A stretch of 30,844 bases of DNA. It comes from Cytophagales bacterium (GTDB lineage: Bacteria > Bacteroidota > Bacteroidia > Cytophagales > UBA9547). The position numbers and the translations under genes were made by a program. The notes under the pieces are model-generated. The model made no database searches. It had not been told where the DNA came from and saw only the letters and a list, made by a program, of their open reading frames with translations. The stretch spans positions 1 through 30,844 of the forward strand of contig JAAFJZ010000003.1 in NCBI GenBank assembly GCA_013298205.1, written 5' to 3'. Of the stretch, positions 17,517 to 26,300 are shown piece by piece (the stretch's first letter is position 1; every line of letters starts with the position of its first letter).

Positions 17517-19214
17517 TTACTCTAAATCTAATAAAAGCCCTTCTTTTATTGAGTCGGCCATAATGGCAGCGAAAGAAAATAATTTTTCATTGAAAACGTA
17601 ATCTTGAAAAATATTTATCAAAATTACATCTACTTCAAGCTCTTCATTTATATAAAGCAAGATATTGTTATCCCTTACACCGTATGCTTCAACGTTCTCT
17701 AAAATAACAGGGCTTAAACCGTATTTTTCCTCTGTGTTTTTTACCAATGCACTTTTAAAAACTTTAATTTTATTTTCGTCTTTAAAAGTTCGGTCATCAT
17801 TAATATTTTTTGATTTACCTTTTAAATATGAAATACTTACAGCTGCATGCTTTGAAGTTTTTTCAAAAGTATTGAATACCAAATATATACTATTTTTTTT
17901 TCGTATTCTAACTAAGTCGTTTTTCCATTGTATAAAATCGTCAGGAACAGGAAAATTTGAATCTTTTTTATAAGCTTTATTATGCCGAAAGCAAAAAGCT
18001 GTTTCTGGTTCTAATCCGATGTCCCCAAAACTCTCTTCGGTTGCAGTAGATTCATCTCCAAAAAATTCATTTGAGATGTAATTGCATTTCAACTTTTCAG
18101 CCACACAATACACAAAATAACCTATGCTTTGTTTGTTTAAGCTGTCGGGCGAAATTAAAGTTAGCGTACTATTTCTATTTGTTAATGTACCATAATCGGT
18201 ATTAATTTCTCTAAATTCTAAAAATAATTTATCCACAATCAAACCGTTTTGAATTACTTTTTTATATCGAAACCTAAATTCGTTTTTGCCTTCAGCTATT
18301 TTATAAACATCATTTTCTGAGAGTTCAAGGTTTACTTTTACAGCATCTACACTTAGTTGTCCTCTACGAACTTTAGTATCTAATTCGGGAATATATTTTT
18401 TGTAAAACGCTTCTTTCAATTTTTTTCTTATTTCTGCTATTCGTTTACTCAGTTTTGATTCCTCCATTTTTTGAATAAAACTAGAAGAAATAATACCTGT
18501 TGGAATAGCTACAATCATAACGCCCATCAAAGCAACAAACCCACCTAAAATTTTGCCAAATGCAGTTATGGGCACAATATCACCATATCCAATGGTTGTT
18601 AATGTAATTACACCCCACCAGAAGCCGTATAAAATGTTAGGAAAAACATTAGGTTGCGCCTCTCTTTCAAGATAAAACATAATAGAAGAAGCTAAAATTA
18701 GAACTGAAAACATAAGTAAAAAAGTAGCCAAAAGTTCTTGTTTTTTTTCACTAACAATTTTTCCTATCAAAATCATTGCATGTGAATATTTTGTAAGTTT
18801 AAAAACTCTCATCAACCTTATAAGCCGCAAAACTCTAAGATGCCTTAGGTCGATGTTTATCATAAATGGAACGAAAAAAGGCATTATTGCCAATAAATCA
18901 ATCCATGAATTGGGCGCCAAAGCAAACTTTTTGTACGATTCTTTTTTCGTTTTGGCAGGATATTGAATATCTGCTACCCATATTCTTAAAATGAATTCTA
19001 TTGAAAAAATGCTTACCGTAACTATTTCGAATAAATCTAACTCAAACCTATACTTTAAATAAATATCTTCAAAAGATTCTACTATTACAGCAATAACATT
19101 AGCTAAAACCAAGATTTCAATAAACACATCAAAATACCCAGAGAATTTATCATGCTTATTACCTGGACCTAAAAGCGAAACGATTCTACGCTTGATGATT
19201 TGGATATTGTTCAT
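17517..19214 (-). CDS. Voltage-gated K+ channel-like ion transporter (6TM) with a long C-terminal domain of unknown type
   Basis: S4 LRHLRVLRLIRLMRVFK, pore helix FWWGVITL, selectivity filter TTIGYGD, S6 GVMIVAIPTGII; about 315 aa soluble C-terminal tail. Confidence 0.9.
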   Translation of the reverse strand: MNNIQIIKRRIVSLLGPGNKHDKFSGYFDVFIEILVLANVIAVIVESFEDIYLKYRFELDLFEIVTVSIFSIEFILRIWVADIQYPAKTKKESYKKFALAPNSWIDLLAIMPFFVPFMINIDLRHLRVLRLIRLMRVFKLTKYSHAMILIGKIVSEKKQELLATFLLMFSVLILASSIMFYLEREAQPNVFPNILYGFWWGVITLTTIGYGDIVPITAFGKILGGFVALMGVMIVAIPTGIISSSFIQKMEESKLSKRIAEIRKKLKEAFYKKYIPELDTKVRRGQLSVDAVKVNLELSENDVYKIAEGKNEFRFRYKKVIQNGLIVDKLFLEFREINTDYGTLTNRNSTLTLISPDSLNKQSIGYFVYCVAEKLKCNYISNEFFGDESTATEESFGDIGLEPETAFCFRHNKAYKKDSNFPVPDDFIQWKNDLVRIRKKNSIYLVFNTFEKTSKHAAVSISYLKGKSKNINDDRTFKDENKIKVFKSALVKNTEEKYGLSPVILENVEAYGVRDNNILLYINEELEVDVILINIFQDYVFNEKLFSFAAIMADSIKEGLLLDLE

Positions 19215-19357
19215 TAAATAAGCCTATTTGATTTTTAATGTAAATGTAATTTATTGAACTAAATATCAAAATTTTTCTTCTTAAAATTTGCATTTTAGTT
19301 AGTTTTATTTTTTTGTTAAATTTTAAAAAATTGTTTTAGAATGTTTATGTACAAGAC

Positions 19358-19386
19358 AATGAATATTTTAGGTTAAAATATTCATT
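19358..19386. repeat. Perfect 13-bp inverted repeat with a 3-nt spacer, possible operator
   Basis: AATGAATATTTTA-GGT-TAAAATATTCATT in the divergent intergenic region. Confidence 0.6.
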
Positions 19387-19529
19387 TCGTTTTAAATAGG
19401 GTTGAATAAATTAATCGATAATAATTAAATCATTCGTGAGATTTTTCAAAAAATACACTAGGAATATAATTTTAGTAATTCAGATTAAAAAAATTATGTT
19501 ATTTGTTGGTTTTATACAATACAAGGTTA

Positions 19530-19537
19530 TAATTTTG
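19530..19537 (+). promoter_or_regulatory. -7 promoter element (TAATTTTG) for the symporter
   Basis: Exact TAnnTTTG match; TTTG/TTG at 19502-19508 upstream. Confidence 0.55.
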
Positions 19538-19559
19538 CTTGGTTTTAAATTAATTTATT

Positions 19560-21125
19560 ATGAATTTTATTGACATTTCTGTTTTTATACTTTACATTTT
19601 AACAGTAGTAGGTGTCGCTTTATGGGTTTCCAGACCCAAAAAAGGAGAGGTAAAAAATACAAGAGATTATTTTTTAGCTGGCAATACTTTGCCTTGGTGG
19701 GCAATTGGCACATCGCTTATTGCAGCCAACATTTCTGCTGAACAGCTCATAGGTATGACGGGCTCTGGGTTTACAATTGGCTTAGCAATAGCTTCTTATG
19801 AATGGATGGCAGCCATTACATTAATAATTGTAGCTAAATATTTCCTTCCTATTTTTTTAGAAAAAAAGATTTATTCTATGCCTCAATTTTTAAATATACG
19901 ATATGATGGAAGAGTACGAACCATTATGGCAGTTTTGTGGTTATTTCTTTATGTTTTTGTAAATTTAACATCTATTTTATATTTGGGTGCAGTATGCATT
20001 AAAGCCGTTTTTGGTATACCAATGTATTATGCAGTTATTGGAATTGCATTTTTTTCGGCACTTTATACTATTTTTGGTGGTTTGAAAGCCATTGCGTATA
20101 CAGATTTTATTCAGGTAACATTTTTGGTGGTAGGAGGGTTAATTACAACTTATTTAGCACTTGATCAATTTTCAGGTGGTTCTGGGTTTTTTAATGGATT
20201 GGGAATGTTGGCAAATAAATTTCCGGAAAAGTTTGATATGATTCTTTCATCAGAAAGCCCTCATTACAAAGACCTTCCAGGTATTATGGTTCTAGTAGGA
20301 GGGATGTGGATTGTGAACCTAAATTATTGGGGTTGTAATCAGTATATCACCCAAAGAGCATTGGCAGCAAAAAACTTATCTGAGGCACAAAATGGACTAA
20401 TATTTGCTGGATTTCTAAAATTATTAATGCCTTTGATAGTCGTAATTCCTGGAATCATTGCTTTCAGTTTGAATGCACCTATACAAAATAACGATGAAGC
20501 TTACCCTTGGCTCCTAAATACTTTCCTCTTCCCGGGAGTAAAAGGTGTAGCTTTTGCAGCTTTGGTAGCTGCAGTTGTTGGCTCACTTAGTTCCAAAACA
20601 AATAGCATTGCTACTATTTTTACAATGGATGTTTTTAAGCCACATTTTGGTAAAAAATATTCTGAGTCTCAATTGGTAACAGTAGGAAGAATTACTACAG
20701 CAGTTTCATTAGTTATAGCTGTAATAATAGCTCCTTTTATTGAAAATTTTGGCGGAGGATTCAAGTTTATTCAGGAATTTACAGGTTTTTTTAGTCCAGG
20801 AATTTTTGCAATTTTTATTTTTGGGCTATTTTGGAAGCGAGCCACAACTTCAGGTGCGCTTTGGGTTGCTGTGCTTACTTTGCCAGTTTCATTATTGTTT
20901 TATTTTGTGCCTATGTTTAATGAAATGCCATTTTTAAATAGAATGGGAATTACTTTTATAATTTTGTCATTCATTATGGTATTGATAAGTTTAAAATCCA
21001 ATCAAGAGAGAGATGAGAAATCAATTAATATATCAATAGGTTTATTCAAAACTTCTAAGCTATTTAATGTTTTATCTGTTATTATCATCATGATATTAAT
21101 CATTTTATATGCCAAATTTTGGTAA
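19560..21125 (+). CDS. Sodium:solute symporter (SSS/SLC5), vSGLT-like sugar transporter
   Basis: YFLAGNTLPWWAIGTSLIAANISAEQ, ASYEW, GGLKAIAYTDFIQ, YWGCNQYITQRALAA; about 14 TM segments. Confidence 0.95.
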   Translation: MNFIDISVFILYILTVVGVALWVSRPKKGEVKNTRDYFLAGNTLPWWAIGTSLIAANISAEQLIGMTGSGFTIGLAIASYEWMAAITLIIVAKYFLPIFLEKKIYSMPQFLNIRYDGRVRTIMAVLWLFLYVFVNLTSILYLGAVCIKAVFGIPMYYAVIGIAFFSALYTIFGGLKAIAYTDFIQVTFLVVGGLITTYLALDQFSGGSGFFNGLGMLANKFPEKFDMILSSESPHYKDLPGIMVLVGGMWIVNLNYWGCNQYITQRALAAKNLSEAQNGLIFAGFLKLLMPLIVVIPGIIAFSLNAPIQNNDEAYPWLLNTFLFPGVKGVAFAALVAAVVGSLSSKTNSIATIFTMDVFKPHFGKKYSESQLVTVGRITTAVSLVIAVIIAPFIENFGGGFKFIQEFTGFFSPGIFAIFIFGLFWKRATTSGALWVAVLTLPVSLLFYFVPMFNEMPFLNRMGITFIILSFIMVLISLKSNQERDEKSINISIGLFKTSKLFNVLSVIIIMILIILYAKFW

Positions 21126-21230
21126 AGTGAGTTAAATTAGATTTTTTTGATATTTTCATTTAATTCGAAAGAAATTGAATACAAAATTTAATTTATAATA
21201 TTTTTTTATAAATATGAATAATAAATAACT

Positions 21231-21238
21231 TATTTTTG
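21231..21238 (+). promoter_or_regulatory. -7 promoter element (TATTTTTG) for the divIVA-folB operon
   Basis: Exact TAnnTTTG match, partly overlapped by a 10-bp inverted repeat. Confidence 0.5.
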
Positions 21239-21315
21239 TGTATAACTGCTCAATAAGTTATGCTTTAATATTTTTTTGTTAAGGTAAATATCCAAAAGTC
21301 TAAAATATAAATAAA

Positions 21316-22035
21316 ATGAGAATTACCCCTTTAGAAATTAGACAAAAATCTTTTGAACGAAAATTAAGAGGTTATGATAAAGAAGAGGTTGATGCTTTTT
21401 TAACTGGCGTATCTCAGCAATGGGAAAAACATCTTGAAGAAAATCGAGATCAAAAAATGCGTCTTGAAATATTAGAAAGGGAAGTGCAAAAACTAAGAGA
21501 AGTAGAATCTTCTCTTTATAAAACGCTTAAAACTGCTGAAGATACAGGAAATAGTTTAGTAGAACAAGCCCACAAAACGGCTGAGCTTATCATTAGAGAA
21601 GCACAAATGAAAGCTGAAGTATTGCACAATGACAGTCGGAATGATGCTAGAAATAAAATGGAAGATGCAGATGATAAAGTAAAATCCATGTTATTTAATG
21701 CTCAAAATCACCTTAATGAACTCATTACCCAAATTCGACAAGTAGAAAACCATAAAGAAAATTTGATTTTAGAAGTTAATAATCTTCTATCTGAAACCCA
21801 AGAAAAAATTAATAGAGTAGCAAATAAAAATAAAAAATTTGAAATTAATATTCATACTGTAAATGAAACGAACATTTCTTATCAATCTGTTTCACAACTT
21901 TCATCTTATAGCCAAGAAAATACTGGTTTTTTAAAACAGGAATCGACTTTGAAACCTTCCTCAACAATAATTAATTTGCAAGTCCCTGAGAAAACGGTAC
22001 AACAAAAATTATCTTTTTTTGACGAACTAAATTGA
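21316..22035 (+). CDS. DivIVA domain-containing protein
   Basis: MRITPLEIRQKSFERKLRGYDKEEVDAFL followed by a long coiled coil. Confidence 0.93.
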   Translation: MRITPLEIRQKSFERKLRGYDKEEVDAFLTGVSQQWEKHLEENRDQKMRLEILEREVQKLREVESSLYKTLKTAEDTGNSLVEQAHKTAELIIREAQMKAEVLHNDSRNDARNKMEDADDKVKSMLFNAQNHLNELITQIRQVENHKENLILEVNNLLSETQEKINRVANKNKKFEINIHTVNETNISYQSVSQLSSYSQENTGFLKQESTLKPSSTIINLQVPEKTVQQKLSFFDELN

Positions 22036-22394
22036 TGACTGAAATCTATTTAAAAGAGCTTTCATTTTATGCATATCATGGTTTATTTGATGCAGAAAAA
22101 AAACTAGGAAATCGTTTTGAAGTAGATGTAAAGATTAATTTGAATGATTCTTTCGGTAATTTTCCTAAGAAATTAACTGATACAATTGATTATGGTTTAA
22201 TATATAAATTAGTAGCGATTAGAATGGAAATAGCTACAGAATTATTGGAAAATATTGTATATGACATTGCTTACCAAATACTTAATGAGTTTAATCTAGC
22301 ACAAAAAGTTATTGTAAGCATTCGAAAATACAATCCACCTTTTGGCGGATTGTGTCAATATGTAGAAGTTTCTGAATCAGTTTCCAGACTTTGA
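22035..22394 (+). CDS. folB: Dihydroneopterin aldolase
   Basis: FYAYHGLFDAEKKLGNRFEVDV, DTIDYG, LLEN, KYNPPFGG. ATG overlaps the DivIVA stop (TGATG); alternative TTG at 22032. Confidence 0.93.
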   Translation: MTEIYLKELSFYAYHGLFDAEKKLGNRFEVDVKINLNDSFGNFPKKLTDTIDYGLIYKLVAIRMEIATELLENIVYDIAYQILNEFNLAQKVIVSIRKYNPPFGGLCQYVEVSESVSRL

Positions 22395-22696
22395 GCCTCC
22401 TCTATTTCGCAAACAACAAAGCCTTGAAATTCAAACGAATCTATAAACACCAAATGTTTTCCATAAAGAAACATAATGTCTTTTTTTGCTATTAAAACAG
22501 CAAAATTTCCAAAATCGTATTTTAAATCTTGCTCTTTTTGTATATCACTAGCTACATGAAATGAAATTCCTGCACATCCGCCACCTTTGGCAAAAATTTT
22601 TAAAAAATAGTTTTCTGGAAAAAAACTGTTTGTAAGGAAATTATAAATTTTTTCTCTTGATTTCAGGCTTATTTCAATTGGAATTTGTTTGCTCAT
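22355..22696 (-). CDS. HesB/IscA-like protein lacking the C-terminal CxC motif
   Basis: IEISLKSREKI..LKIFAKGGGCAG..D..YDFG..VLIAKKDIMFLYG. Start set at ATG 22696 because the promoter is at 22732-22739. Confidence 0.7.
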   Translation of the reverse strand: MSKQIPIEISLKSREKIYNFLTNSFFPENYFLKIFAKGGGCAGISFHVASDIQKEQDLKYDFGNFAVLIAKKDIMFLYGKHLVFIDSFEFQGFVVCEIEEAQSLETDSETSTY

Positions 22697-22731
22697 TGCT
22701 CTAGTCGTAATTTGCGAAAAAAAATCATTAA

Positions 22732-22739
22732 CAAACATA
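22732..22739 (-). promoter_or_regulatory. -7 promoter element (TATGTTTG) for the IscA-like gene
   Basis: Exact TAnnTTTG match in the 60-bp divergent gap. Confidence 0.5.
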
Positions 22740-22756
22740 GCGCATTATTTCTCTTT

Positions 22757-23278
22757 ATGGAACTACTAATTGACTTCGTTAAAATTTTAATCCCTGCTGG
22801 CTCAGTACTATTTGCAATGTACCTCACAGTAAAGGCTTTTTTAAATAAAGAATTTGAAAAAAAACTTTTAGAAACCAAAGAAAATGCGTCAAAATTGGTC
22901 TTGCCTATTCGTTTGCAAGCATACGAAAGAATTTGTTTGTATTTAGAGCGGATTTCTCCCCACAATTTAATTTTGCGAACCAATGAACCAGGTTATACCG
23001 CAAGCCAATTTCAGCAAAAATTGATTTCTGATATTCGTGAGGAGTTAAATCACAATTTGGCTCAACAAATATATCTTTCTGATGCTGCTTGGAATTTAGT
23101 AAAAAGCACCACAGAAGACGTAATTGGCATTATTTCAGGTGCATCTCAATTCGTAGCTCCAGATGCAAAAGGAATAGATTTGGCAAAAGCGATTTTTAAT
23201 GAATTGGTCAATAGAAACGAAGATCCTACTTTGGCTACTTTAAAATTTGTTAAAAATGAAATCAGAAAAGTTTTTTAA
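22757..23278 (+). CDS. Conserved Bacteroidota hypothetical protein with an N-terminal membrane anchor
   Basis: MELLIDFVKILIP hydrophobic N-terminus; RLQAYERICLYLERISP, IREELNHNLAQQIYLSD.AW. The ORF-track start at 22685 overlaps the divergent gene, so ATG 22757 is preferred. Confidence 0.75.
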   Translation: MELLIDFVKILIPAGSVLFAMYLTVKAFLNKEFEKKLLETKENASKLVLPIRLQAYERICLYLERISPHNLILRTNEPGYTASQFQQKLISDIREELNHNLAQQIYLSDAAWNLVKSTTEDVIGIISGASQFVAPDAKGIDLAKAIFNELVNRNEDPTLATLKFVKNEIRKVF

Positions 23279-23344
23279 AGCTTTAATAAATCTTTAAAAA
23301 ACGAATTTTTAAACTAAATTATCCATACAAATAGCAAATAACTT

Positions 23345-26300
23345 TTGGAAAAAATAAGTGAAATTCAAATTTTAAAAGAAGAAAATAAGAAACTAAAATT
23401 TCAACTTGATGCCATTCATACTCAAGCTAAAGGTCTGAATTTGAACGGTTTCGTGGGTGAAGATTCTAATACTGATCTTATTCAGCTCCTAATTGAAAAC
23501 ACCCAAGATTTAATTTTTATCCATGATATGTATGGCAAAATAATTGGTTCTAATCATTTAGTGAATGATTTTTTACCCATTCAGCAATCATTTACCAATA
23601 TGCGAGACATTCTTTCGCCTGAAGTAAAAGATAAATTTGAAGGATATTTAGCTCGTATTTCACAAAACAAATTTGAAAGAGGATACATGAAAGTATTAGA
23701 TAAATCTGGTCAAATACGGATTTTAAAATACAACAACAAGCTAGTTTATGACAAAAGTTTAGGAAACGTAGTACATGGCATTGCTCATGATATAACAGAT
23801 CTATGGCAATCGAATAAAAAGCTTATTTCTTCTGAGGAAAGTTATAAAGGATTATTTAATTCAAGTCCGTACTCCGTTTTTATAACTACTTTAGAAGGGA
23901 AAATTATTGAAGCAAATGCAACTGCAATCGACAAATTTAATATTGAGCCTGACCAAATCAAATCAAAAGACTTAGAAATCGTACTTTTTGGAAGTAATAA
24001 AGTTAAAGTTTCTAAATCTTTTTCTTCTCTAATTAAAAAAGCAACTGATTCTTCTATTCAAAAATTAGAATGGAATTCAAAAGATAAGAATCAAAAAAGC
24101 ATTGTAAATGAACTAACTATAAGTGAAAATAAATATGCAGGAGCAAAAGTGCTTATTGCACAAGTAAAAGATATTACTGAAAATAAGATTGCAGAAGTCA
24201 AAGAACAAGATGAACTTTCATGGCAAAAAGCTGAAGATAAGCTTCATAAAGTATTTGATAAGTTGCGAATTATAACAATCGCAATTGATAGAACGCAAAA
24301 AATTAATTATTGCAATTTAGCTCTTTTAAAACTAACTGGCTTAAAAAAAGAATCTATAATAGGAAAAACAATAGATGAGATTTTTGTTCCAGATAAAAAA
24401 AGCTTAAAATCTGAAACTATTTTTTATCAGCTTGAATCTGAAGGCTTTGTTAATAAAATTGAAAAGAAAATCCTCTCTAAATATGGGGATATTCGAATTA
24501 TAGAATTTAGTGTTACCCTTCAAAACAACTCAGCAGGTACAACAACAGGACTTACTTTGGCTGGTGAAGATATAACTGAAAACAAAAGAGTAATTCGAGC
24601 ATTAAGAGAAAGTAATGAAAAGTTAAATGATATTTTTGAAAACGTAAACGACTTGATTTTTACGTTTAGCATTTCAGGTAAAATGCTTTTGGCAAACAAA
24701 ACAACAAAAGAAAGTTTGGGTTATTCAGAGGAGGAAATTAAAAACTTGAAATTTGGAGAGATTATTTCTCCTGATACTAAAGATAAGACTTTTGAATATT
24801 TAGCTAAAATTTTGCAAGGTGAAAAAGTAGAAAGATTTGAAACGGTTTTTATTAACAAACAAAAAAAAACTCTTTATGTGGTTGGTAGCATTAATTGCAA
24901 GTTTGTAAATGGAGAACCCGTAGAATATAGAGCTACTTTTTATGACAATACGTATAAAATTCGTTCAGAAAGAGCCCAAAATCTTTATAATAGTATAGCA
25001 AACATTACTTCAGATAGCCCAAATCTTGAAATTTTATTTTTAAATATCCATAAAGAGCTTAAAAGAGTTATAGATGTAAATAATTTCCACGTTGCTTTGC
25101 ATGAACAAGGAAGTGATATGATTTCCTTTCCTTATTATGTAGATGAACAATCTGAAGGTTCGATTTATAGGCCCATAAGGAAAATGGCAAAAGGGCTTTC
25201 GGAGTATACAATCGCTCAAGAAAAACCAATTTTTTTGTTTGAAGAAGATATAGAAAATTTAATCGCTAATGACAAAATAGAGATTGATATCAAAACACCT
25301 AAAATTTGGATGGGAGTTCCGCTAAAATGGGAAAATAAAATTATAGGTGTAATTGCAGTAAAGAGTTATAGTGATAGAAATAAGTATAGAAAAAGACATT
25401 TAGAGTTGCTAGATTTTGTTTCTGGGCAAATTGCGATAGCTATAGAAAGAAAGAAAAATGAAGGAAAATTAAATGAACAAACGGCACGCCTAAATTCTGT
25501 TGTAGAAACATCCTCTCACTTGATTTGGACTTTAAATAGAGAAAAAGCATTAACATCATTCAATCAAAATTACTCTGATGCGTATTGTAATTTTTCAGGG
25601 AAACGACCGCTTCTTGATATTAAAATAGGCAAATCAAGACCATTTATGGCTATAGATGAGCTTCAAGAATTTGTAAGTAAAAAATACGAAGCCGCATTTG
25701 AAGGTATACCTCAGCATTATGAGGTAAAAATGATAGACCAAAACAAAAGAACGATTTGGTGGGAAACATATCTAAATCCTATTGTTCTTCCCAATGGAGA
25801 AATAGAAGAAGTTTCAGGAATTTCTCATGATATAACTGATAAGAAAGGTCAAGAAATGAATCTTCTTGAAAGTGAAGAAAAATTTAGAAGCATATTTGAA
25901 TCATTTCAAGATATATATTATCGCACTGATGCTCAAGGTTATATTACTATGATAAGCCCTTCTGTAAATGAGCTGATAGGATTTAGTCCAGAGGAAATGA
26001 TGGGAAAACGAATTGAGCAATTTTATGAAAATCCAGTTGTTCAAGAACGTTTATTAAGAGAATTATATAGATATGGAAGAGTTCGAAATTTTGAAGTTAA
26101 TATTATAATTAAAAACAGAGCTTATATCAATGCAATTTCTAATATACATTTAATAAAGAATAGTCAAAACGAAGTTGTAGGAATAGAAGGAATAGCTAGA
26201 GATATAACTTTTCTGAAAAAAGCTGCGGAAGAGTTAATTGCTTCAAAAGAAGTAGTCGAGAAATCGCTTAAAGTAAAAGAAAGTTTTTTGGCAAATATGA

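Noticed and set aside
22685-22756. Long N-terminal extensions of the two divergent ORFs (track starts 22685 and 22738)
   Set aside because: They would overlap head-to-head and cover the promoter element; the downstream ATGs (22757 and 22696) fit better.
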